Assembly (NCBI GenBank): GCA_003141435.1
Contig: PLLW01000046.1
Coordinates: 3,577 to 67,576, forward strand
Direction of reading: 5' to 3'
DNA from: Ignavibacteriales bacterium
GTDB taxonomy: Bacteria > Bacteroidota > Ignavibacteria > Ignavibacteriales > Ignavibacteriaceae
Length of the DNA: 64,000 nucleotides
Positions 49,436 to 58,504 of this stretch are shown piece by piece. Within the stretch, counting starts at the first letter, position 1, and each line of letters starts with the position of its first letter. The notes beneath the pieces are model-generated. The model searched no databases, had not been told where the DNA came from, and was given only the letters and a program-made list of their open reading frames with translations. The translations under genes and the position numbers were made by a program.

Positions 49436-50914
49436 TCACCTGAACTTCAATTTATGGAATATAGAACTTATGTCTTCGGAGATTTTCAGAAATAATACAA
49501 GAGAAATAAAGATAAAAGTTAATACAAATGATCTTAAAATAATTTCATACACAAAATGATTACGGATTTCAGGTATAAAAAAATTAATGATAATAATAAG
49601 AACAAATATTAACAAAACTTTTAATGTATTAAAGGAGAATGGTTGAATTTTAAATACCAGAAGCAAAAAGAAAAACCTTATAGTATTAAACAAAAAGATA
49701 GTCAATGCCGTTGCTATTGCAGCGCCTGTCATATTATATCTTGGGATTAAGAACATGTTGGCCCCTATTGCTATTAAACCTAGAAATGGATAAAACAACA
49801 GATCTATCTTATAATATTTGGAGGTTCCCACTATTTCCTGGTTTATGCCGGTAATCATATCAAACATATATCCTAATCCAAGGATGAATACAACCCATTT
49901 TCCCTGTGAATAAACGCTTCCGTTAGGGATTAACTTATACACATTTTCAATATTCACGCATATAAGTAAAAAAAGTAATCCGCCAATAATTAGCTGAGTA
50001 ATAGAGGATTTTTTATAAAGTTCATTCAATTTATTTTTATCATCATTTCTATTTGCTTCTGAGACCATCGGTATTAAAACTTGTGAAAGGGCTCTTTTCG
50101 GAACAGCTATAAATGCTGCAATAAAAAATGCAATACTGTAAATACCGTTGTTCCTGAATCCTGTATAAGCACTGAGCATTAAACTATCAATATTAGTAAT
50201 GATTATTCCGCTTATGTTTCCTATTGAAACAAGTCCGGTAAAAATAAATATTTCTTTCACTAACGGGCTTTTAAATATCAGCAGGTTTGGTTTAATAAAA
50301 AGATAAGCCTGTGTCTTGGTATAAAAGATAAGCACTAATAGAACAATTCCATAACCCCCGATTAAAATTAGAATAAAATAATAATATTCGAATTTACAAA
50401 ATAAATAAAGGAGCAAACTAGCTGATAGAAAAACTCTTGTTAAGACCTCTCTTGAGAAAATTGGAATAACAGGGTTCTGCTGAATTATGTTATATGCCTC
50501 GAATATGTTTATAAATAATAAAATAAATGTGAAAAAGATCAATGGAAAATAATAATTGAGAATAAGAGGTGCATTTTTTATGAAAGCGGAAACAAATAAA
50601 TACCTGAACTGAAGGAAAAATAAGGTAAATACCAAAAATCCAATACAGGCGAGCATAATAATGAAAAATAGAATTCCATTATGTCTGTTTTTAAAATCTT
50701 TGAAATAAAAGAAAAATCTATTGGGGATATTTGCAGATCCGAGTGCAGCGACAGTGGAAAACAACACTGCAGCACTTATTATTGTCCTGTACAGTCCTAA
50801 TTGTTCTTCTGTCAATGCATAAGGCAATAGCCACAACGTATTTATTACACCAATGCCTATGCCTAAATATGTTAAGAATACTGATTTTGTGCTTTGACGT
50901 ATTACTATACCCAT
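49436..50914 (-). CDS. Wzx-type polysaccharide flippase (MOP superfamily)
   Basis: 492 aa with about 12-14 TM helices, located within the glycan gene cluster. Confidence 0.7.
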   Translation of the reverse strand: MGIVIRQSTKSVFLTYLGIGIGVINTLWLLPYALTEEQLGLYRTIISAAVLFSTVAALGSANIPNRFFFYFKDFKNRHNGILFFIIMLACIGFLVFTLFFLQFRYLFVSAFIKNAPLILNYYFPLIFFTFILLFINIFEAYNIIQQNPVIPIFSREVLTRVFLSASLLLYLFCKFEYYYFILILIGGYGIVLLVLIFYTKTQAYLFIKPNLLIFKSPLVKEIFIFTGLVSIGNISGIIITNIDSLMLSAYTGFRNNGIYSIAFFIAAFIAVPKRALSQVLIPMVSEANRNDDKNKLNELYKKSSITQLIIGGLLFLLICVNIENVYKLIPNGSVYSQGKWVVFILGLGYMFDMITGINQEIVGTSKYYKIDLLFYPFLGLIAIGANMFLIPRYNMTGAAIATALTIFLFNTIRFFFLLLVFKIQPFSFNTLKVLLIFVLIIIINFFIPEIRNHFVYEIILRSFVLTFIFISLVLFLKISEDISSIFHKLKFR

Positions 50915-50919
50915 TTTGA

Positions 50920-51894
50920 TTAGTTTCTATCTTTGGACAAATTATCAATTATCATTCTATGTATTATTTCTTCAACAGGTATTTTCGACTTCCATTTAAG
51001 TATTTTTTTAGCCTTTGATGAATCACCTAATGTGAAACTTATGTCGGTTGGACGAATTAATTCTTTTTTGATGAGCAGATAATCTCTATAATCCAAATTA
51101 AAATATTGAAATGTTAAATCGATGAATTTTTCCAGCGAAGTACTCTTGCCGCTCGAAATAACAAAATCATCTGGATTCTCCTGCTGTAAAATTAGATGCA
51201 TTGCTTGTACATATTCGGGAGCCCAGCCCCAGTCACGAAATATAGAAATATTTCCTAATATTAATTTAATTTTTCTACCTTGGGCTATTGAACAGGCTGT
51301 GTCGATAATCTTTTTAGTAACGAATCGTGCCGGACGTAGAGGAGATTCATGGTTAAAAAGAATTCCTGAACATGAGAAAAGATTATATGCTTCTCTGTAA
51401 TTTGCTATTTGCCAGAATGCAGCTGATTTGGCTACTGCATAGGGACTTCTTGGTCTAAATGGCGTCTCTTCATTTGCAGCTTTTCCGCCAGTATCTCCAA
51501 AACATTCGCTAGAACATGCATTGTAAAATTTTATCGGCAGCTTATGGAACCTTAATACTTCAAGGATATTAAGACTACCAATGCTTATGCTTTCCAAGGT
51601 TTCAACCGGTTGAAGAAAAGAAAGTCCAACTGAAGTCTGCCCAGCAAGGTTATATATCTCTGCTGGTTCAATCTGAAGTATTGTTTGCATAACACTTCTG
51701 AAATCAATTAAAGACATTGAATGAAGTTTGACTCTATTGAATATCCCCAGCTTTTTAAGTCCATAAAAATTAGACAAGTCTGAATCTCTGGAAGTTCCAT
51801 GAACTTCATAGCCCTTCTTTAAAAGAAGTTCAGCCAAATAAGATCCGTCCTGTCCTGATATTCCTATTATTAGTGCTTTTCTCATTACTGACAT
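50920..51894 (-). CDS. gmd: GDP-mannose 4,6-dehydratase
   Basis: ALIIGISGQDGSYLAELLLKKGYEVHG Rossmann start, SPYAVAKSAAFW (YxxxK), and NHESPLRPARFVTKKI typical of Gmd. Confidence 0.85.
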   Translation of the reverse strand: MSVMRKALIIGISGQDGSYLAELLLKKGYEVHGTSRDSDLSNFYGLKKLGIFNRVKLHSMSLIDFRSVMQTILQIEPAEIYNLAGQTSVGLSFLQPVETLESISIGSLNILEVLRFHKLPIKFYNACSSECFGDTGGKAANEETPFRPRSPYAVAKSAAFWQIANYREAYNLFSCSGILFNHESPLRPARFVTKKIIDTACSIAQGRKIKLILGNISIFRDWGWAPEYVQAMHLILQQENPDDFVISSGKSTSLEKFIDLTFQYFNLDYRDYLLIKKELIRPTDISFTLGDSSKAKKILKWKSKIPVEEIIHRMIIDNLSKDRN

Positions 51895-52092
51895 TTAGAT
51901 TCCGTGCTTTAAAATTAATAAATAAAAGTTGAATATTCCGATACGGCTACATCAATTATTATGAATTATTGAACAAATAGCTTAATTTTTCAAATTAAAT
52001 ATAAAAATAACTCAATATAAAACTTAATAATTTTTTAAGGTTATCATATTTATTCAAAACAATCCATTTTGTAAATAATAAATCAAAAGCAG

Positions 52093-52893
52093 ATGAAAAT
52101 AATATCTTCAATTATTAAATCATTTATTAACGGCTTTAGCTATTTAGTATGTAAAAACAAGGATATGCGGAAATATCTTTTTACTGTGAGCCTTAAGGAT
52201 GAACTAACCACTTTTTTTGATAACGAATATTACCGGGGTTATGCTCACATAAATAAAGCGATTTCAATCGCGCGAAAATATTGTTCCACTGACGACATTA
52301 TTATTGATGTAGGGGGAGCAGATGGGACAACTCCCAAAATTTTCTCAAAAGCATTCCCTGATAAAATGATATATGTTTTTGAGCCGATAAATGAAAACTG
52401 TATTGCAATTGAGAAACTTATTAGGGAATACCCAAATATTAGACTTATTTCAAAGGCTGCAGGGAGTAGTGAAGGCAAAATTACTATTAATAAAGCAAGA
52501 AGTATAACTTCCTCCTCAATATTCGAACTTAATGCAGATAAAGGGAGTGCTGTTTTTGCTGATTCACTTAAAAATGAAGGGAAAGAGAATATTGAATTAA
52601 CAACTATAGATAATGCCGTTCCGCTCAGGAATACGGCAATAATGAAAATTGATGTCCAGGGGTTTGAGCTTGAAGTGTTAAAAGGTGCAGTTAGGATATT
52701 AAGAAACACTAAGGTTATCGTTCTTGAAATGAATAACCATGATTATTACAAGGGAGCTCCCAAATACTATGAAATTGATGAATACCTCAGAAAAAACAAT
52801 TTTTCTATTTATGATATCTTCCCATCTCTTAAGGATGGGGATAGATTAAAAGAATGGGACACAATTTATTTAAATAATATATTCGCAAAATGA
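52093..52893 (+). CDS. FkbM-family methyltransferase
   Basis: IIIDVGGADGTT SAM motif and MKIDVQGFELEVLKGA signature. Confidence 0.8.
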   Translation: MKIISSIIKSFINGFSYLVCKNKDMRKYLFTVSLKDELTTFFDNEYYRGYAHINKAISIARKYCSTDDIIIDVGGADGTTPKIFSKAFPDKMIYVFEPINENCIAIEKLIREYPNIRLISKAAGSSEGKITINKARSITSSSIFELNADKGSAVFADSLKNEGKENIELTTIDNAVPLRNTAIMKIDVQGFELEVLKGAVRILRNTKVIVLEMNNHDYYKGAPKYYEIDEYLRKNNFSIYDIFPSLKDGDRLKEWDTIYLNNIFAK

Positions 52894-54053
52894 ATATTGG
52901 AATAATTGAAGTAATGCCCTATGGGCATACTACGTTAGTAGAGTCTGTTGCTAAAATATACTCTTCAGATCCTGATAATTCAGTTAAAATTTTCATTAAC
53001 AGCGAAATTGAAAGCCAAATTGTGGAATTGGTTAAATCTTCTTCAAACATTGAGATAGTTTTAAGGAAAAAAGAAGAAGTTCTGTCTGAATATTTTTCCA
53101 GAATAAACAAGTTTAAATTGGATGTTATTTACATAACAACGCTGGAATATTATTATGATGAATTTTACAAATTCATTTTTAACGCTCCAATAAAACTTTT
53201 CATCCATAATATAGATGAATGGTTTAATTTATCTTTTCTTAAGAGTGTTTCCTCGTTTGTATATGGCTTATCTCTTTCGAAGAAATTGGTTTATGATTTC
53301 AAAGTCAACTTTTTATACCCTAGGAAGAGGGAAAGAATAATTGAGAAAGTAAAACAGAACGGCGGGAAATTTGTTGTTCTGAGCACTATTCTGAAAAAGG
53401 AATTATCTGCATATGTAGAAAATGATCTAATAGAGGTTATCCCTTTTTCATTTTATGACAAAAACCTTCCTGATCTATCTCAATTAAACACAAGGCTTCG
53501 AATCTGCATACCGGGGATATTAACAAATAATCGAAGAGATTATCTGGGTGTTTTGGATTTCCTTGATAAAAATTCAGAATTTTTCAGAACAAGGATCGAA
53601 TTAGATCTTTTGGGGCACTCCTATAAAAAGGAAGAGGACATAATTATCCAAAGAGCAAAAGCATTAATTTTAAAGGGGTTCAAAATATATCTTTATGAGT
53701 ATTCTTTTATTCCAGCCAGTATATTCAATGAAAATTTATCCAAAGCAGATATAATTCTCGGAAACTTAAAAATACAGCAAGGGAAGTTCAGTTTCTATGG
53801 CAAGACCAAAGAAACAGGCGTGACTTTTACACTCATACGTGCTGCAAAACCAGGCATTATAGCTGAAGGATATGAAATAGTTGATGAACTTAGAAGCTCC
53901 GTTTTATATTATAGTGATATGGATCAGTTAAAAGAAATTCTTTTGAGATTGGTCAACAATAAAGATTACCTTGAGATGTTAAAAAAAGAAGCTTTAAAAA
54001 ACTCTCAATTCTTTAAACCTTTCTTAATTTATCAGATTTTACGAGCAACCTGA
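52890..54053 (+). CDS. Hypothetical protein, possibly a GT-B-like glycosyltransferase
   Basis: 4-nt overlap with the FkbM gene. 387 aa. The size and alternating alpha/beta pattern are compatible with GT-B, but I saw no diagnostic motif. Confidence 0.35.
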   Translation: MNIGIIEVMPYGHTTLVESVAKIYSSDPDNSVKIFINSEIESQIVELVKSSSNIEIVLRKKEEVLSEYFSRINKFKLDVIYITTLEYYYDEFYKFIFNAPIKLFIHNIDEWFNLSFLKSVSSFVYGLSLSKKLVYDFKVNFLYPRKRERIIEKVKQNGGKFVVLSTILKKELSAYVENDLIEVIPFSFYDKNLPDLSQLNTRLRICIPGILTNNRRDYLGVLDFLDKNSEFFRTRIELDLLGHSYKKEEDIIIQRAKALILKGFKIYLYEYSFIPASIFNENLSKADIILGNLKIQQGKFSFYGKTKETGVTFTLIRAAKPGIIAEGYEIVDELRSSVLYYSDMDQLKEILLRLVNNKDYLEMLKKEALKNSQFFKPFLIYQILRAT

Positions 54054-54077
54054 TTTTTTATTCTGCTGGAAATCCAT

Positions 54078-55292
54078 TCATTTTCTCATCACATACTCAA
54101 ATGCTTTTGTGTATCCCCTTACCACAGTATTAAGGTTTATTTCTTCTTGTATTATTCTAAGGGAATTATTTCCCATATCTTTTATTAACTGGAGATTTGA
54201 GAGTAAATACTCTATTTTTCTAGTAAGGTCTTCACCATCCCCGTTTACAAAAAATTTTCCGTTATAATCTTCTCTCACTAATTTTTTTTCCGTACCGTCA
54301 CAGACTGAACAGATAACCGGCTTGCCGAAACACATTGCTTCATTAATGGAAAGTCCTCCCATTCCTGCAATCACATATATAGCCGATTCTGTAATATATT
54401 TTCCTAGAAGTTTGGGGTCATAAACTCCACCTGTAAAAACCACCCTATTCCCCAGGTTAAGTTTCTTAGCTAGAACTTTTAAATTATTTAATTCGGGGCC
54501 ATCACCGACTACAATTAATTCTATCTTTTCAAATTTTGACACTATTTTTGAAACAGAAAGAATCAGCATATCAACACGTTTCCATTTTACCAGTCTGCCG
54601 ACATGTATCAAGCGATAGTTGTTCGGGGGAAGCATTGGTTTCTCGTTTTCGAGTTCATTTTTAATATTTAATAATTTATCCGTATCGGGGGAGTTGTTTA
54701 TAATAAATATCTTCTCTTTTTTAACACCATAACTGCCGAATATATCAAAAGCATCTTCTATATAATCAACATGAGCATCAACCATATTTAGGTAATATTT
54801 CCTTATTTGTGCCAGGAAAAAATAATTAAGCAGTCGGAACGGATTTCGCCCGCCTGATTTTCTCTCTCCTTTCTCATTGTAGATTCCTCCACCCATATAA
54901 AATTTATACACCTCATTATATTTTGGAGTTAAGAAGGGAATGTCTTTTAAAATGAGTTTAATTCCAAGTCGTCTGATTTTTTGCAATAACCCAGGAATTA
55001 ATACAAAACCAAAAATATAAGGCCAAACGGTTACAATAATATCAGGTTTTTCTGTTGACAGGTATTTTGAAAAATTCTTAAAAAAAGATTTCCCATAAAA
55101 AGTCTTATATTCTTTAAGGGGATGAACCTTAAATTCTACTCCCGAATCAGATTGATAAACCCCTGCACCTATTGCCAATCCTTCGGATGATGGAATAACT
55201 ATTGTTACATTAGAATTTGGAAGTTTATTCAGCCTATTGAGGACCGGATTGTAATAATGAGGTAATCCATTGAAAACAAATAGAATTTTCAT
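54078..55292 (-). CDS. GT4-family (GT-B) glycosyltransferase
   Basis: C-terminal half shows RLIHVGRLVKWKRVD...GGLSINEAMCFGKPVI...E (the EX7E-like region). Confidence 0.8.
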   Translation of the reverse strand: MKILFVFNGLPHYYNPVLNRLNKLPNSNVTIVIPSSEGLAIGAGVYQSDSGVEFKVHPLKEYKTFYGKSFFKNFSKYLSTEKPDIIVTVWPYIFGFVLIPGLLQKIRRLGIKLILKDIPFLTPKYNEVYKFYMGGGIYNEKGERKSGGRNPFRLLNYFFLAQIRKYYLNMVDAHVDYIEDAFDIFGSYGVKKEKIFIINNSPDTDKLLNIKNELENEKPMLPPNNYRLIHVGRLVKWKRVDMLILSVSKIVSKFEKIELIVVGDGPELNNLKVLAKKLNLGNRVVFTGGVYDPKLLGKYITESAIYVIAGMGGLSINEAMCFGKPVICSVCDGTEKKLVREDYNGKFFVNGDGEDLTRKIEYLLSNLQLIKDMGNNSLRIIQEEINLNTVVRGYTKAFEYVMRK

Positions 55293-55461
55293 AGTTTATT
55301 TTGTCAGAATCGGTGTAAATAAAAATAACCAAAACTATAAACATCTCAAATTATTAACTCATCTTACAAAAGGTGAAATTGGTTAAAAATAAAAGAATCC
55401 GTCGGTTTTATACTAAATTTGATTTATTTTTACGGAAGGAGTTTTAAACTGCTTGAAAAAA

Positions 55462-56550
55462 CTAACAGCATTTATTCACTAATATTTCCGCTATTCTATT
55501 AGCTGCATGACCGTCCCACAGTTCAGGAATCCTACCCAGTTTCTTCTTTCCGTTCAGCACATCAATAGCTGCAGATTCAACTTTTCCCCAGTCTGTTCCG
55601 ATCAACTGATTAGTTCCCACAACCACCGTACTTGGCCTTTCTGTATTATTGCGGACAGTAATACACTGGACTCCAAGGAATGTAGATTCCTCCTGTATGC
55701 CCCCGCTGTCTGTAATTATCAGTTCTGCTTTATTTGTAAGAGCTAGGAAATCGATATAGCCGAGGGGCTCTGTAAAAATAATATTATCTGAGAATTTATT
55801 TTTTTTACCATAAAACTCTAAGTTTTTCTTTGTCCGGGGATGGATGGGGAAGACTATTTTCCGAAGCCCAGCTAATTTTAATAAGGAACTGTATAAGTGG
55901 TCTATAAAATTTTCGGAATCAACATTAGCTGGGCGATGAAGTGTAATTAAAATAAAATTTTCGTGCAGGTTCAATTTCTCAAAAATAGCAGAAGTCAAAG
56001 TTTTGGGAAGATAATTAATTAGACTGTCTATCATAGTATTCCCGACGAAGTAAACTTTGGAATCATCCGCCCCTTCATTCTTTAAGTTTCTGAGTCCAGC
56101 TTCTTCTGAGACGAAAAGGAAATCTGAAATGCGGTCAGTAAGAATTCTGTTAATTTCCTCAGGCATAGTATTGTCAAAACTTCTTAGTCCCGCTTCCACA
56201 TGAGCTATTTTAATTCCCATTTTAGCTGCGACCAAGCTGCATGCGATGGTAGAGTTAACATCACCGACAACAATTACTAGGTCCGGTTTTTCCTTTTCAA
56301 GTATTTTTTCGAATTTAATCATAATTCCTGCAGTCTGTTCTGCATGTGAACCGGAACCGATTCCAAGGTAGGAATACGGTTTAGGCAGCTCAAGGTCAAT
56401 AAAGAAAATATCGGACATTTTCTTATCATAATGTTGGCCTGTATGGCAGATAAGATGATTGATTTGCGGATAAACAGAAAATGCCTTTTGTACAGCGGCT
56501 ACCTTCATAAAATTGGGACGTGCACCGACAACCGAGATTATTTTTTTCAT
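55462..56550 (-). CDS. wecB: UDP-N-acetylglucosamine 2-epimerase (non-hydrolysing)
   Basis: VVGARPNFMKVAAV, HTGQHYD, VVGDVNST, HVEAGLRSFD, EEINR and DSGGIQEE motifs. Confidence 0.9.
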   Translation of the reverse strand: MKKIISVVGARPNFMKVAAVQKAFSVYPQINHLICHTGQHYDKKMSDIFFIDLELPKPYSYLGIGSGSHAEQTAGIMIKFEKILEKEKPDLVIVVGDVNSTIACSLVAAKMGIKIAHVEAGLRSFDNTMPEEINRILTDRISDFLFVSEEAGLRNLKNEGADDSKVYFVGNTMIDSLINYLPKTLTSAIFEKLNLHENFILITLHRPANVDSENFIDHLYSSLLKLAGLRKIVFPIHPRTKKNLEFYGKKNKFSDNIIFTEPLGYIDFLALTNKAELIITDSGGIQEESTFLGVQCITVRNNTERPSTVVVGTNQLIGTDWGKVESAAIDVLNGKKKLGRIPELWDGHAANRIAEILVNKCC

Positions 56551-56782
56551 GTGATAATATTAAATCTATAATTAAAAATAAGACATTTATGTTATTTATG
56601 AAAGAAGCAAAAGATTTCAAGATTTTTCGCTGCTATACCTGTTCAGAAATTTAACTGGTTCTTATCATACGTCTTGTCTTGGGGGGAACTCAAATTATTA
56701 TTCTCTTGACGTTCTTCCTTTTTAAATATATAATTTATAATTATCATTATATTATATTTTTAAATAAATATCCGGGGAAACA

Positions 56783-58462
56783 ATGATCCACCTTCAGATT
56801 TTTTTAGCTAAGAATAATAATCGGAATATAGTATATCTAATTGGAATTATTGCTCTTCAAATAACAGCCTATTTTTACATCAAACCACACATTATAAATA
56901 GTGATGATATAGCTTATATAAATAGTGCGCTTTCGATGATAGAAGGAAGCTATAAATTTACTCCAAGTGTTTTCACTCAAAGATTTCTGGTATTTCTTCC
57001 GGTGAGTTTGCTATACCGCTTATTTGGAGTCAATATTTATTCCTCTACGGTACATCTGTTAATGTTTGCAATTTTTCACACAATAATCATCTATTATTTA
57101 GGGAATAAAATCAAGAATGGTATGGGTATCCTAGCTGCATTGCTATTTGGGCTCAACCCATTGACATTGTTTTTAACGGTTGAATTGTTGCCAGATTTAA
57201 TCTGTTCGACTTTCATTTTGGTTGCATTGTATTTTCTATACTCCTCAGAGGAAGATACAAAAACAAACAAAAAAAGATTTCATGGATTTTTATTTTCTGC
57301 CTTTCTATTCCTCTCAATTTTGGCCAAAGAGAATATAATGTTTTATTTGCCATTCTTCCTTTTCATTTGTATCCGGAGCTATAGATTAAATTACAAGTTT
57401 TGGAATACAGCGTTCTTGACATTTGCAGCACTAATATTGCTTCTTGGCTTATTCTATAAGATGCAGACGGGCTATTTTTTTTACAAGCTATCTGCCATTG
57501 AATCTGAACATAATCTTTCTGTTTGGAGTTATCAATATGCCTCCGGCAGTTCATTATTAAAACGTGTAATATTCGGCCTCTATTATCTTCTTCTTGGAGA
57601 TTCTTCATTAGTTCTATTAACAGTCTTAATTGCGCCGTTATTATTTTCTATAAGAAACATGATAAAAGAAAAATCACTTAGGTTTTGGATTTATAACTTC
57701 TTGTTCTTATTAGTTATTTATCAGTATGGCTCAACTTCATTAAAATCCTATAACCCAATACCACTGATTCCCAGAATGTTTTTTTGTTTGTTACCCCCGA
57801 TGTGTCTGCTTGCAGGCTATTCTATGCAAGAAATAATAAGTAATAAAAGAAATAAATGGATTTACATAATGCTGATTACTTCAGCGGTCAGCGCAATGGT
57901 CTGTATTCAGGTTTATCATTTGTCCAAAACAACTTTGATTTGCACATTGGTTATTTTTACAACATCACTTTTGGCTATATTAGTTAATAATACCAGACTA
58001 AAAATCCTCATATTATTTTTTCCTGTAATATTCATCTTTGTGTATTCCGCTAATAACCTCCGAACAAATACTGATATCACAAAAGAGACTTACGATAATT
58101 ATATCGGGAAATTACCGTATAACTCCATTGTAATAATGAATGATCGAAGTATTCTTGCTAATAAATATTACAATTTCAATAATTCGAATCAATTAATGTT
58201 TATTGACTGGGCAAACATTGAAAAAGTTTCTGTTTTGCCATCTCAGAAGGGTAAACCAGTATACCTATTAATTGATTATAAGGAAGTTCAATCATTACAT
58301 GTATCATATAATGAATATATTCCTAAATTCATCAACAGTAGACCTTCAGATTGGAAGGCCATAAAAGAATATAATCTGTATGATATTGTTAAGAAAAATA
58401 ATGTTAAAAGCCTTGGCCTATATAAAATCAATTCATTAGAGGAATTAAGGAATAACTATTAA
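56783..58462 (+). CDS. GT-C-fold membrane glycosyltransferase (ArnT/PMT_2, GT39/GT83-like)
   Basis: 559 aa with many TMs. An early periplasmic loop carries an acidic motif (INSDDIAYIN). A soluble C-terminal domain follows. Confidence 0.6.
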   Translation: MIHLQIFLAKNNNRNIVYLIGIIALQITAYFYIKPHIINSDDIAYINSALSMIEGSYKFTPSVFTQRFLVFLPVSLLYRLFGVNIYSSTVHLLMFAIFHTIIIYYLGNKIKNGMGILAALLFGLNPLTLFLTVELLPDLICSTFILVALYFLYSSEEDTKTNKKRFHGFLFSAFLFLSILAKENIMFYLPFFLFICIRSYRLNYKFWNTAFLTFAALILLLGLFYKMQTGYFFYKLSAIESEHNLSVWSYQYASGSSLLKRVIFGLYYLLLGDSSLVLLTVLIAPLLFSIRNMIKEKSLRFWIYNFLFLLVIYQYGSTSLKSYNPIPLIPRMFFCLLPPMCLLAGYSMQEIISNKRNKWIYIMLITSAVSAMVCIQVYHLSKTTLICTLVIFTTSLLAILVNNTRLKILILFFPVIFIFVYSANNLRTNTDITKETYDNYIGKLPYNSIVIMNDRSILANKYYNFNNSNQLMFIDWANIEKVSVLPSQKGKPVYLLIDYKEVQSLHVSYNEYIPKFINSRPSDWKAIKEYNLYDIVKKNNVKSLGLYKINSLEELRNNY

Positions 58463-58504
58463 TTGAATAAATCTTTCCTATATTTTATAAAAGCATTTAC
58501 AATA

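Noticed and set aside
52245-52709. 154-aa minus-strand ORF
   Set aside because: Antisense to the FkbM methyltransferase gene, whose motifs are clear. No RBS or family resemblance.
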